DNA of 64,000 nucleotides from Stylophora pistillata (Eukaryota): NCBI RefSeq assembly GCF_002571385.2, contig NW_019217814.1, positions 556,661 to 620,660 of the forward strand, read 5' to 3'. Shown piece by piece: positions 1 to 13,400 of this stretch (position 1 is its first letter; each line of letters starts with the position of its first letter). The notes under the pieces were generated by a model. It saw only the letters and a program-made list of their open reading frames with translations, ran no database searches and was not told where the DNA came from. The position numbers and the translations under genes were made by a program.

Positions 1-1061
1 ACACAATACTGACAAACACATTTGTGAAAGCTGTGTCCTAATCAGTTTAGCAGTTTTAATACAAATTATTAAATCATACATTAATAACAAATGCTTTATC
101 TGGATCCACATGACCCAAAAATTGTGTTTGCAAAGCAAACTTCATAAGCTTTTGTTCCAAGTCACAGTGCTCTTTACAGTCTGTTAATTATGACTGTGGA
201 TGAGGCTTTTGAGAAAAGCACATTCGAACAATCATGTTTTCTATCATTCAATGTGTTATCTTTAAATAGATTATACCTTTACTTTGAAGAGTTTAGAAAT
301 AAATATTGGTATATCATCTGGACTCTTACCTCAGTCTGTAATTTTGATTTAGCAAAAATTACAAGAAATGGTAAATCAAATTATATATTGTATTGAATTA
401 AGTAATATTTAATAGACATTAGCCAACAATTTTGTGCAAAGCATGCAGTTCAGAAATGGCACTACTCACAAACAGAGCTCAATGGCCTCAGGAAGTCATC
501 AAAGCCTTACAGGTTAATGAGCAAGAACAAGACTGAGTTAGCCATTAGAATTCAAACTACATTTTAATACATACAATTAATGAAAAGCTATTCAATAACG
601 AATGATGTTAATGTGTTTCTACACACTACCTGTTATATTTTTGCTCTAATTTTTAAGGATGACATGGCACTGAATAGACTAAATTAATACTTAAAATTCA
701 TGTTCTTAAAAAAAATTTTCAAATCTGTCTTACTTTTTTTTTTTAATCAGGAAAGGTTGACATGAAACGTTTTTACTTATTACAAACATTTTTTATATAA
801 ATTAAACCAGTTTAAGTAAGTCATCTTTTCCAAAAAAAGCAATTGACTGGTGTGAAATCACCAGTACTTCTTTCAAAAGCATTTCACCAAACTGAATTGA
901 CATATTTTTTAATTTCATATATTAACTCGATGATAGAAGAGCCACTGATTTATTTAGTACAAATAAATTACTTATAAATTCTTACAACATGAAGGCATCT
1001 TATGTCTAAATCATCTGTTTCTCAGTAAGCGGCAAAAATTAATAATTATCTCTTTGCTTAC

Positions 1062-3778
1062 CTTCAAGACCCTGCCTGGCTCTCTGTCTTCTGGCTTCAT
1101 CTGAGTCTTTATGAAGCATGTTCCTTTAAAAGTAAAAAAAAAAAATGCCTCTGAAGTCACACCCTGACCTTATATAAGACCAAATACAGTACATGTCACT
1201 GGTTCTTCCTTGCCATTTATTAACAGCTGAAAAACACATTACAAGGTACAACTGCCCCCCAAAATTCCCAATTCCAGATCCCTCAGTTCCAATAGTTGAT
1301 CTCCATATTAATGGATGATGCATATCACAGGTGTTGTCTTCCTTCAGTTTAAGAACAAAAGGGCAAACACAATATAATAAACTTAATTCATATGGTTCTG
1401 ACTGGCCAATCTACATAATTCCTGTCCACATAGAGAAGGGGTGTGCTAATTGCTTCATTTCAGTTCTATTTAAGTTGCTTATCTTTTTTTAAAGATTTAT
1501 GGGATCAAATTTACTGGACTTGTTACTAACCACTCCCAAAAAACTGTATCTGCAGATGTGTGTGAGTATATACAGCCATTCACCTGTGAATTCCTAGGAA
1601 TATTTTGTGAGTGTATAGATGCCCCCCAACTTGTTACTAGCATAAATATAATCCCACATGTATAAAATAAAACAGTCTCCTACCCATCAAGAGCAAAGTG
1701 AATTGCCAGCTGATCCACACTTGATGTTGGTTTATAGCATTTTTCCTATGTACGAAAAAATGACAATGCCCTTTCCATCTTTCATTACAAAGACACAAAC
1801 CTATAAGTGTAGTAAAGCTATATGATATAAACTTAATTTGGAAGAGAAATCAAATCCACCCTCTTTCAGACTTTAAAAGTCAATAAGTTAGGTGTCAATC
1901 ACCATTATAATAAAGTGGGTGGAACTTTTTTGTCATTTTTCTGTTTGTTGAACGGATTTTATCTGATTTACATAAAAAAAAAAAAAAACATGTATACATT
2001 TATCAGATTAAATTGTTTCCCAATAAAAAATTAGTTTGATTGTCCACTTTTCTTTACTGAATGATTAATTGGTTATGCACTTAGACCACATCAAACTACC
2101 TGAGTGTACTTATAATAAATAGCATTTATTCTTAAAATTAATTTCAAACTGCAAACACTTCAATTTTCAGAGGGTACTCTGTAATTTCTAAAGGTTTATT
2201 TTAAGAATAGAGTGACATAAAATTGGAAAAATTCTGACCTTGAAACTGTAGCGCACTATGTTGCTAGGAGCATGGGGGTTGTTTGCAGTCAAGATTCTGG
2301 TAAACTCCTCTTTTAACTCTGCCTCTGTCAATTCCAACTGGTCATCTGGCTTTATCAGCTGTTTTGGCTAAGGTTAAAAACAATGACATACATAAAATTT
2401 TGATTCAATGCTTGTGGGGAGAAAAAATTGTTGTAAAATTAGATGAATGAGTAGTAATATTTACTAATTTTAACAGTTATTGTAGTACATGTATGAATTT
2501 TGCTGGCTAATTTGAGATCGACAATGGCCGAAAAAAGGAATCATTCATGACACCAGAAACATGACCAAGCTGGAGATTCGTGTACCTGCATCCATTCGTC
2601 CAAGTCATCTCCTATCTGCGTAGCATCATCATCCTCCTAGAAAAATAAATATACCAGTATCCATTCATCTTTCAGTGTTTAAATCATGTACTTGCAGTAC
2701 TGACATATAGAGAATAGATGAAACTGACAATGCATTCCTTTGTCTCTAGTATCTGTTTAACCTTCATTTACAATGAGAAAATTAGGTTTATTTACCCTAT
2801 TAGTCCTATGAGTGACCACAACAGATTTTCTCCTTACAACATCAATACATTTCAAAGAAGAAGGGTGAAAAACTCTGTGATTAAGTGCTAAATTCTCAGA
2901 GTTAAGAAAAAAAGGTATGGTAGAGAGTGCACAAAATTGATATTCAGACCTTAGGATAAGAAATGAGAGGTTTTAATAAGGGCTAAGATCCAGTATGCAC
3001 TAGTCACTGAAGAGATGGTCAGATAATAATAAATTGCAAACCTTCTTCTTTGCTTTGACAGTGGCAGTTTTGCTGACTGACTTTACAGCTGCATTTGAAG
3101 GAGTGACTCCTGGTTTCTTGTCCTGTCAGGAAACAACATGAACACAACTGTTGAAAGCAATTTTTAATTAAAAGTCAAAAGTAACCCAGGATTACCAGGA
3201 ATCTTGCAACAAAAAGTGAAACTCAATCATTACCTATTCAATATCTTAGCTTTTCATGTTTTCCTGTCGTTGAAGCAGGTTAAAAGAGCATAATCTGAGT
3301 CCATATCTTTCTATTATAAAAATTTTATTCTGAATTGTATGTACTTAATTTATGGTGTAATGTGAGGTCGACAATTTTCAACGTAGTCGGTAGAACATTT
3401 TACTTTAAGATGACAAACTAGAGATGGCTGCAAAATTCTGACTTAAAATATCCCAAGAAAGAGTAAGATGACAAATACTGTTCTCAAGACAGTTAGAGAA
3501 TTTTTTTAGCTTATGGACACTGGGAGATTTACGCGCTGCATTCTTAGAGCGTAATTTCCTACAAAGAACTTTATCATCTTGAAATATCTGAAGTTTTATT
3601 TGTACGATTAAGAACGAATAATTGCCTGTAATGCGTAATCAGCCTTCAGCAATTGTTACTTATGAACGACTTGGTTCAAAACAAGCATGGCGGACAGCAA
3701 GGAGTAACATGACAACGCAGCCGAAAACAAGTAGGGAAAACTTACCGCTTTCACAACCTTGACGTTTCCTTTCTTCAT
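1062..3778 (-). CDS. DNAI1: Dynein axonemal intermediate chain 1, first six coding exons (gene continues left of the window)
   Basis: GT-AG exons in consistent phase: 3746-3778, 3042-3122, 2586-2636, 2239-2367, 1684-1745, 1062-1123. They give [16 protein letters not shown]..[66 protein letters not shown]..[19 protein letters not shown]. The [27 protein letters not shown] motif matches the DNAI1 N-terminus. Confidence 0.93.
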
Positions 3779-3885
3779 ATCGTTGAAAAATTTACACGAG
3801 GTTACTTTTTCCAAGTTTAAACGGCAAAATCAAACGCTACAAACCGCGTAACCAAGGGTCGCTTCTCGGAGAAAGAAAAGTTAGC

Positions 3886-3899
3886 GTTACCCTAGTAAC
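3886..3899. promoter_or_regulatory. RFX X-box in a bidirectional promoter
   Basis: GTTACCCTAGTAAC fits the X-box consensus GTNRCC-N(0-3)-RGYAAC. It lies in the 164 bp between the DNAI1 ATG (3778, -) and the divergent ATG at 3943. Confidence 0.8.
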
Positions 3900-3942
3900 A
3901 GGCTCTGGCTACCAAGCTCAGGCGAGGCTGCAAAGTAGCAAC

Positions 3943-4515
3943 ATGGCGGATGAGATGGACGAAACGACCTGCGAAGACGAAAAAAATCACTCTGACAGCG
4001 ACTCTTGCGAGAGCTTTCAGGATAAAGAAGAAGCACCTGATGGAATTTCAAATTCATCAAAGCAAAGTTCGTTAAAAGATCCAAAATCGAATGCATCAAA
4101 AGTCAAGGAAGATTGGAAATGGAGGTTTCCCTATTTGTCGTACAGGAACTTTTTGCTTCAAGTAAGGTCGGTGAATGATAAATCAGTTGTAAAAGACCCT
4201 TATGCAACTGCGTCGGAGAAAAATCCAACGGAAGGTGAAGAATTAGAAGGGATATATGCAGATGACAAAGGGTATTTTCGGGGAGACATTTTTGAAGAAC
4301 TGGAAAGTGATGATAACATTGGTTTTGCTGGTGACGTCTGCAAGCAACTGAATCTGATGCCTAATGTCGATATCTCTGATCATGAGCGGACTGCAATAGA
4401 TGATGGCTCTTTAAAGACCGATCGGCAAACAGATTCTGGTACTCCAGAGATTATTGTTGTTCCAAGTTCACGATTTGTTCGTGAACTAAAAGTTGAAAAA
4501 GTCAATAGGAATTGA
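3943..4515 (+). CDS. Uncharacterised intronless acidic protein (190 aa), divergent from DNAI1
   Basis: 573-nt ORF in AT-rich DNA with a good start context (caacATGGCGG). D/E/S-rich with one aromatic block (WKWRFPYLSYRNFL). AATAAA at 4790-4795. No family recognised. Confidence 0.6.
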   Translation: MADEMDETTCEDEKNHSDSDSCESFQDKEEAPDGISNSSKQSSLKDPKSNASKVKEDWKWRFPYLSYRNFLLQVRSVNDKSVVKDPYATASEKNPTEGEELEGIYADDKGYFRGDIFEELESDDNIGFAGDVCKQLNLMPNVDISDHERTAIDDGSLKTDRQTDSGTPEIIVVPSSRFVRELKVEKVNRN

Positions 4516-4911
4516 TTATCAGCTAATTATTTCCAGATGTGCATCAGTTTACTTTCTCTTTCCTGCAAAATATGGTACAGAACTTTGTTTTATCATTCGG
4601 TGTGTATCGTAACATAGTCGGTTTCTTTATTTCAGTTATCTCATAATTTATATGCCATTCTTTCCTAAAAATTTTGATTAGCTCTGGAAGTGCACGTAGC
4701 GAAGAATGCATTCGTTGCCGAAAGATTAACGAAGAAGCGAGAGGTAGATATTATAGAAAATGTTACTATTCATTGTGGTTTTCCACATAAATAAATGTTT
4801 CATCGTTTTATCTCACGAAGCAGGAGTCGGGCCAATCAATCGTGTATTGATCGCGACGTTTCAACTGCTGTCATGTTTCAGGAGACGCATAGAAGGTTTA
4901 CGTGTCGCTAG

Positions 4912-5083
4912 AGGGGCGTGGCCAGAATTTTTTAAAGGGGGGTCACACTATGTCAAACAGAGGGTACTCAGCAGATTGTCATGTCGATCTCCACACGCAG
5001 TGTTCTATTTAATGAGACAGAGAAAACCTTACAAGGGCGGGGAGGGGCATGGGGACCTTAGGACCCCCCTTCCTAGCTACGCC
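4912..5083. mobile_element. MITE-like element
   Basis: Imperfect terminal inverted repeats GGCGTGGCCAG / CTAGCTACGCC around a GC-richer non-coding core. Confidence 0.55.
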
Positions 5084-5146
5084 TTTGCGCTACAAGAAAT
5101 GTAGCTGAGACAGGAACAGGCGAAATTTTCTTCAATGAGTCGCCCC

Positions 5147-5830
5147 AATCAATCAATCAACCACTTATTTTAACACGTTACGTCAAAGAGCTAAAAAAAA
5201 CTCGTTTAAATTACGAACGTGTATAAATAAATTCTATAATAATTACAGCCATATAATATTTTTCAATTTTAAAACAACAGAAAGCCACATACTAAAAGCA
5301 TGACTTGTTAAACTGTAGTACTCGTTCTAAAAGCAGTTAAAAGCTACAATAGTGCACTATAAGACACATTCTAAAAAGCTGCAATCGTGCAATGTACTTC
5401 TGAAGTCATTAGTATCACTTGAAAGACGCACTTGAGAAGGCAAACTGTTCCATAATGTAGTTAATGAATAAGTAAAAGAATTCTTCTTAAATTTAAGATT
5501 AAATTTAGGTAATTCCAAATTCAAGCCTTCGCCTCTTAGCCTATACGGTGTAGGCTTGTGTTTAAAAAGGCTTCCAATATAAATAGGGCCCGTACCGTTT
5601 AAGCATTTAAAAAGAAGTATTCACGCCTGGTGTAAGCGCCTACAGTATGACGATGTCATGCTAGCCGTAGTGAGCAGCTCGTCGTATGACATTGACTTGC
5701 TGTGCCCGATTAATGTTCTCAAAATATAACAGTTGCCATCTTTGAGACGGTTGCGTTGACCCGCACCTATGCCTACAAACAAAGGACTGCAGTATTGGAG
5801 ATGAGGTAATATAAACTAAAATAGTAAAGC
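5147..5830 (-). mobile_element. Degenerate 3' end of a CR1/L2-type LINE
   Basis: Minus-strand remnants ILPHLQYCSPL and LWNSLPSQVRLS are typical of the ORF2 C-terminus. Short tandem-repeat tail (AATC)n at 5147-5160. Confidence 0.7.
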
Positions 5831-6011
5831 GCGCAAACCGTAGAAGGACATAGCTTTATGCATTCTGTGAATCCAACCTTTACCTCCGGAGTCCGGAGAA
5901 ATCCTTGTCCATTGACAACCGATTTAAACCCATTCGATAGATAACAATTTGCATGCGCACATTTAGCAACCGAAAAGCCAGCTACAACAACAACAACAAC
6001 AAAATTTATAT

Positions 6012-6425
6012 GAGGCGTGAGTAGTCCAGTGGTCAGTGCGCTGGACTCTAGGTCAGATGGCCCGGGTTCAAGTCCTGGCTGGGGCTTGACGTTGTGTCCT
6101 TAAGCAAGACGCTTCACTCACATTGCTTCGTCTTCTCGGATAGGACGTAAAGCCGGAGGTCCCGTCTCCTGCACCTATCAATTAGTTAATTTCGGCAAGG
6201 GACGTTAAAGAACCCACATCACGAGATTACTGTGATGTGGTCTGGCCTGTTTACTGGGAAGGGGGGGAGGGGGCATCTGTAAAAATTTCTCCTTTATTAA
6301 TTGTAAACTGCCGCCGGCAGTCTGGAAAAGTCCCCCGCACAGTGTTGTAAAGCGCATTAGAGCATTTACATGGAAATGCGCTATAGAAATTGATCTATAT
6401 TATTATTATATTATTATTATTATTA
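6012..6425 (+). mobile_element. tRNA-derived SINE (copy a)
   Basis: A-box-like TAGTCCAGTGG and B-box GGTTCAAGTCC. Central GTCTTCTCGGATAGGACG..GGTCCCGTCTCCTGCA core, L2-like tail GTAAAGCGC..GCGCTATAGAAAT and (TTA)n. Confidence 0.85.
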
Positions 6426-6430
6426 TATAT

Positions 6431-9400
6431 TGTTTACCTAAATACCTAGACGAGCTTCGCTTAAGAATGAAATCTCACACTCTGGATATACTAGCCTTGG
6501 CTGAGACTCGTCTTGACAACACCTTACTAATTAAGTTCCTTATTAAGATCCTTATTCCTAATTAAGATCCTTATTATGGATATTCCATATTATTCTTATT
6601 TTTAACATACGTTGTTAATGTTAATGTACATGTAATTAGTTTTATAAATTTGAATTTACTGTAGTATTCTAAGTTGTTTAGCGCTGTTGATCATTGAATG
6701 AAAGTAGCGCTCTAGAAGTTATTAAATTAAATTAAATTCAATTAAACCTTGAATAAAGGCTGATAGTTTCTAAAGAAACTGTTTGGGGCTGCGTCGGTGG
6801 GGGTAACGAAATAATTTGAATATATCAACAAAGTTGAAATGGGAAATTGGCCACCGTTGCGATTATAAAAGCTGACGTTTCGAGCGTTAGCCCCTCGTCG
6901 GAGCGAATAGGGGAATTGTGGGTTGTGTGTGCTTTTAGAGGCAGAAAAAGGAGCTATGTGATTGGTGGAAACATGGCAACGAGAAAAACACGAATAAATT
7001 AGCGGAATGAAAAGCGTTCGTTGATACCTGTGGGATTTAGACTGCCGGTTTGAAAGATGAGCTTTTGTTCAAGAGTTTTCCGGCTTTCCGTGCTACCTAA
7101 GTGTATAAGGAGATTGCCATGTGTTGCTGAGAATGGTTAGGTAAATTAAAATGTCTAGCGACTGGTTCCGATTACGGTCCTTGTCATTCCTCTCCACGTC
7201 GCGAAGGTGTTCTCGGAATCTGTCATCTAGTCTTCTGCCTGTTTCGCCGATGTAAATCTTTTTCCCGGCAATAAGTGCAAGTTATGCAATAGATTACATT
7301 GGCGGAGGTGCACGTGAAGTGATCGGTGATCTTAATGGATCGTTTGGGTCCCGATATATTCTCAGTGTTGTGAATGAAAGGACACGTTTTGCATCGTGCA
7401 CGAGCGCATTTAAAAGTGCCTGGTTGGTCATTAGTCGAAAGAACTTCTGACCAAAAAATTGCCTATGTTTTTGTCGCGTTTGAACGAAGGGCTAACGCTG
7501 TAAACGTCAGCTTTTATAATCGTAACTGTGGCCAATTTACATTTCAACTTTGTTGATATATTCAAATTATATTGACAACACTTTTACTGATTCTGCAGTC
7601 TCAATAGAAGGTTACACACTTGTTAGGCGTGACCGATGTAGAAGCGGTGGTGGTGTTGCCATTTACATTCGTAACGTGATTGATTTTAAAATTAGATCCG
7701 ACCTCTCTGACCCAGACCTCGAATTCCTATGTGGTCAGATTCAAAAACCCAAGACGAAACCATTTCTTCTTTCAAACTGGTATAGACCTCCAAATTCACC
7801 AATTGAGCCATATGATAAGTTTGAGGTCCTCTTGGGAAAAATTGAAGCGGAAAATATTGAATCAAATATTCTTGGTGATATTAACTGTGACATGATGGCA
7901 ATTACCCTAGCTAATGAAACCAGACACCTTAACGAGCTCTGTCAATCGTACCAATATGCTCAATTGATCAGGGAGCCTACACGCGTCACATCAAGTTCTA
8001 AATCACTTATCGACTTATTTCTTAGCAACGAGCCAGATAAATTTGTTACATCAGGCGTGTCCGTTATTGGCTGTAGCGATCACATGTCTCGAGAAAACTA
8101 ACATGTCCTAGTTCGTCCCCGCGAATAATTGAATCAAGACAATTCAAAAACTTTATCCCCGATTATTTTTTAGAAGACATAGCGCTGGTTCCTTGGTACA
8201 TAATTGAGCATATAGAAAATCCTATAAGGGCATGGGAGATGTGAAAACATTCTTTTTTAACAGTGGCCAACCTTCATGCACCAGCTAGGAAAAAGAGAGG
8301 TAGAAACACTGAAGCTTTCTGGCTCACTCCCGAAATCTTGCGATTGATGCGGGAAAGAGAAAGAATAAAACGAATCGCCACTATCACTGATGATCAGTCG
8401 AAATGGGCAGAGTACAGACGGCTTAAGAATCGAGTCAACCATTCTATTAAGGCTTCCAAGAAGGATTACTTTCATTCTTACTTTGAGGATAACGTTGGGA
8501 AAGCAAAGGCAATTTGGAATGGAATTAATACACTACTATCGCGTACGAAAAACTTTGCTCAGGCCACAAAATTGATCATTGGTGAAGCGGTGGTAACTGA
8601 CCCCCATGAGCTCAGCAATGCATTTAACAGGTATTTTACCGGGATAGGCCCCAGCTTAGCGTCTCAAATTAATCCCCCTCGGGTCGGCTTTCGTGATTTT
8701 GTTGAATCTCGTGACAGTACCTTCGAGCTAAAATTACTTACTATTGATGAACTGTGTAAACTTGTGGATGATATCCCTGTGGGAAAGGCTGATGGACTTG
8801 ATGGGATCCCAACTTCCCTCCTAAAGTTATCGTTTACATTCATTGCATCTTCTTTAACTCATTTATTTAAGTTAGTTATTTCCACTGGAATCATTCCCAA
8901 CGACTGGAAGTGTGCTATAGTAACTCCAATCCACAAAGCTGACTCGAGGGTTGATCCAGCAAACTACAGGCCTATTTCTGTACTTTCTGTAATAGCTAAG
9001 CTCTTTGAAAAAGCAATTTTCAATCAGGTATACTCATATTTAAATGAGAATAACCTACTTTCTAAATATCAGTCTGGCTTTAGACCCATGTACTCTACTC
9101 TGACGGCTCTCATTGATATCACAAACAATTGGTATCTCAACATCGACAATAGTTTGACGAATGCCATTCTGTTTATAGATTTAAAAAAGGCATTCGACAC
9201 TATTGACCATGAGATCCTTTTGTCAAAGCTGGAGTTGTATGGGTTTAGGGGTGTAAGCCTTAACCTTTTTCGAGACTACCTCACTGACAGAACTCAGGTC
9301 ACAGTCGCATACGTTGTGGGGTGCCCCAAGGTTCAAACCTCGGACCCCTACTATTTCTATTACATATTAATGACCTTCCCAACTGTGACCTTCTGTCAGA

Positions 9401-9835
9401 TGTGAGGATGTACGCCGATGACACTAATCTCACGTTTGCCTTCAATGACCCTGACGAGCTGTTTTCATCCCTGACCCACGATCTGAGCAATCTGAAACAA
9501 TGGCTTGACTCTAACCGTTTAAGTCTTAACGTCCTCAAGACGAAGTGTCTGTTTACAGGCACAAGGTAGAAAATCTCTTCGCTCCCTAGTGAACCTTGTA
9601 TTTACCTTGATGGACACTTCATTGAAAGAGTCAATAGTTACAAATGTCTTGGTGTTCAGGTGGATCAAACACTCTCATGGGAAGCCCATATCTCCAAGGT
9701 CGCCAGTAAAATTTCTAAAGTACTTGCTGCGCTTAGGAGGCTAAGACCGATATGTCCCCAAGGTACCCTGGTCACAATTTATAAGTCACTGGTTCTTCCA
9801 CATTTCGACTATTGCAGCGCTGTGTGGGGAGAAAC
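6431..9835 (+). mobile_element. CR1/L2-clade LINE ORF2 (APE endonuclease + RT), degenerate and interrupted
   Basis: EN start LPKYLDELR..ILALAETRLDNT at 6431-6522 resumes at 7572 (DNTFTDS..GGGVAIY..YRPP..GDIN..SDH). RT motifs [30 protein letters not shown] and YADD (9411-9422). Frameshifts and stops present. Confidence 0.93.
6811..7570 (-). mobile_element. Penelope-like element fragment (GIY-YIG end, inverted pLTRs with hammerhead-like motif)
   Basis: Minus-strand NVIYCITC..IYIGETGRRLDDRFREH..PVARHFNLPNHS. About 87-bp inverted repeats at 6811-6898 and 7484-7570 contain ACGARGGGCTAACGCTNKAAACGTCAGC. Confidence 0.85.
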
Positions 9836-10407
9836 TGGATCCAATAATAGAATTCGAAGCTAACTGGTAAATTTTCCGCGTAGATAACTTAAAATTGCTG
9901 TACAGGCTTTCGCGAGCATCATATATCCTGATTTGCGAGGGACTTAGACGATAACGCCAACAGGTGCTTAATCGCATCGTTTTCAGCGTATTCATAAACG
10001 CAACAAAAGAATTACAAAGTCTTGCGTTTTCACAAATGAAGGCCTATTTACAGGCGCTCAGTATACTAAAACTTCTGAATCAAAATGGTAACCTCAGTGC
10101 TTTAAAGAAGCTTGGAGCATAGTTAATCGAGGGGAGTATATCAAATTGTTTGTTTTGTTTTAAGTTATTTTTGTTTTTGTCTTTTGCGTCAATGATTTAT
10201 CAACTTTAAAACTGATAGTTTATCAAATCTTTAATTCTGTGATCTCACTGCCTAGCTTAATACAGTTCCAAGTTACGAAAAACGTGGGTGAGATCCAGTT
10301 TTTTTTTCCTTTGAACAAATTTCGAGCATTTACGGAACCGACTGTTCTATGAAGACTGTCTCTTATCTCTTTCAGTGCCGTTTTAATGTTAATTTGAATG
10401 TAGCTTG

Positions 10408-13400
10408 TCATTGAACCAAGATATAGCACATTGCTCCGAAAGAAGAAACAGAACCACACACTCTGCCCTCAACACCAATTCCAATTCCAGAATCACATGT
10501 ACGGCAGTCATTTTCGTTGTTCCCGAGGATACCGATTCTTGCTCTGCGATGGGTGGTTGGGGCATTGAACCCTTCCTTGTTGCAGTTGGGTTGCAGACCA
10601 TGGCTTGAACCGGCTCGACCAGTTAGCGCTATCCACCTGTTGCGACCCAATGAAGTGGCCCGATAATGTCCATCAGCAATCAGAGAGTGAAGAGAGGAAG
10701 CCTGTTTGTTGATGACAGTGAACTTCAACTGTCCGCTGACCTTCATACCAAGACAGATCTTGGAGAAAGGTGTGTTCCAGTAGGTCGGTAACTTGGTCTC
10801 TTGTGAATCGAAACCAGTCGTACCCCCAGACGGGTTGTATTCACTTTTGTCAGTCCAGTACCCCGAATTGTACGGAAATGTGTTCTACGAAATAATTTTA
10901 ATACAATGAGTAATCAATCTAATGCAAAGAGAAGCATCAAAACTGATAAGTAACAACGTTATGCAAGTTGATTCAGAATCTGATCAGGTAAGGTAATTCT
11001 TATTATATCCCGTTCAACTCTTCAACTTCCTAGATCTGATTGATCTTTCTCCTCTCCAGCTACTACACATTTTCTTGTAAATTAGTTATGAGAATTTGGT
11101 GTTGGATCAAGGTAAAAACAAGAACATCTTAAACATGAATACAAAACAAAATACTTCTAGAAATCTGTTGGCTTGGATTGAAAAAGGTAAGATTTATCTA
11201 AGCTAATATAGCAGTAAGGAATTTAAGGCTGATATTGAGAAACGTAAAAATTGGCAATAAACTCGACCAAGGATAAAACCATTGTTGACTGAGTATCGTA
11301 TGCTATTATTGGCCAAGTATAGTCTGCCATCATTGGCCAAGTACAGTGTGCCATTATTGCTCAAGTGCAGCACCCATTATTGGCCAAGTATAGTGGGCCA
11401 TTATTGGCCAAGTATAGTTATCATCGGCCCAGTATAATCCGCCATCATTGGCGCAGTATAGCCAAGTACAGTATGCCACTATTGGCCGGGTATAGTGCAC
11501 CATTTTGGGCCCAGTATAGTGAACCATTATCGGCCAAGTATAGTCGGCCATTATTGGCCAAGTATAGTACGCCCGCCATTATTGGCCAAAGTTTGAGTAT
11601 TCTCATTACCTGTTTGCTGGATAATGTATAGCTATTATAGGGAGAAGTTACATGTCAATCTCTTCTGGAGTTAAAGGGTTAAAACCGCGTTTTTTATATC
11701 GAGGGGAAAAGGAAGGTTTGGAGAATATTTGATCTTACCTGCAACGCGTTTGCGCATTATTACTTTACCTCTCTCGCTCTGATTCGTCGCAAACACCAAA
11801 CCATCTTCAGTAACACGAAACTCGAAACAGACTTCTAAAGTCTGGGGTATGAGATAAAAGTACAGGCCTTTGTTCAAGACCAATGAAGTGAGACATCAGT
11901 GGTTGGAGATATTTGAATTCCACTTGGTACCAGTAACGGTAAATTAGTGAGTCATTTATTTGTCTGCAGGCTCAAGGAAGAATTTCATCGAAAAAAGTAA
12001 CAACCTACCTTATTGCCATCAATCTTCATAACTGGTGTCCAAGTTCCATCTCCACATCCAAAATCTCCCATTCGACAGAGAACGGAGACCGTTTTCCAAT
12101 TTCTGAAGTACAAGGTAACTAGCTGGCTGGCTTTCGACCTGTGCAACGAAACAGATTCTGAAAAAAACATGCAATTGCATTTTCTCCGAAATTAACTCGA
12201 TCTAATAATTCTTCAACTGAAGTATAGTTCTAAGCAATATGAGTTTCAACATGAGAACGTGGCTCTGAGGATTTCATTGGGTGAAGTTAATTGACGAATG
12301 CAGGAAGTATTGCCGACGGGAAATTCAACAGATTATCTAATCAACAGATTACCTCATCTAAAGTAAGAGTCTAATTATATCACTGACTACTTCCCAATCC
12401 AGAGTTTAAGATGAACGCAAATATCCAGTTTTCTCTCTCGTCATTCATGTAAAAGAAGTTCAAACTTACTTGTAGAAATTTGTCACATCTTTACAAGACT
12501 CGAAGGCTAAGCATAAGATAAAAAAAAAATTATACGTTACAAATGATGTCTTCGGCAGCGAGGATAGGAGTTTTTTAATTTTCACTGAACTTTTATTTTC
12601 CTGACACCGTAGGAGTAGTTAACAAGCAACAGAAATGATGGTGACTATCCACCCCTTACTGTGGATATACAGTGCTGTATCAAACGAGTTCGTCGGAGGA
12701 AGGCCTTCGATAAATTTCGGTTGGGTAAGGGATCAGTTGCAGTGATACCGACGCAAAGAGCACTTGATTGGCTATGCTATACTTAATCTGCTAAAACAAT
12801 CATTGAACAGACCACCAAATACTATGCAAGTAAATGTTGAGCCAACTTGACAATTGCGAGTAACGTCTAACCTTTCTCGCAGAATTCTCCACTGAAGCCT
12901 TTCTTACAGAGGCATTCGAACATGCCATTTTTGTAACTTGGTGCACAGGTCCCCTCATTTTGGCACGGCGAGGAAGAACAGGGAGACTAAGGAGAAGGAG
13001 AACCATTTAATAGTTGAACAACTACATTGATATAAAAGTGGATCTACCGTTAAGTAACATTTCGCTGGTTGTAGAGCCTTCTGCTAAACCGGAAGGATAT
13101 ACAGTACTTTCACGCATGTGATAGACTCAAAGTGAGGTTTCGAATCAAATTCTAGACGCCTCCTCGCAGACTCAGGCAGTTTTAGGCCTTTTAAATACTT
13201 AGCAGTAGACTTTCACGATCCCTAAAGAATAACTGTTACCTTGATGACGAAATGATGAGAATTTTTGTTTCCTCTGTATTCCGTGGAGTTTCTGTTTTTG
13301 TCAGAAGAGAGCAATTCGCACCAAAACTTTCCTTCGATTCCTCTAGAGGATGCTAGGTTCACAGAATAACATGACGAATGACTGAGGCACCTAAATGTAC

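Noticed and set aside
330-335. Possible 6-nt DNAI1 microexon (tacag/ACTGAG/gtaag on the minus strand)
   Set aside because: Joined to the phase-1 end of exon 1062-1123 it gives GAC TGA (stop). Not supportable without reads.
3943-4515. FAM219A, the vertebrate head-to-head neighbour of DNAI1
   Set aside because: No recognisable FAM219 motifs in this ORF.
11304-11631. CRISPR array or repeat protein (ORFs 11354-11551, 11365-11631)
   Set aside because: Units are contiguous 24-mers with only 3 variable bases and no spacers or cas genes. The ORFs arise because the unit length is a multiple of 3.
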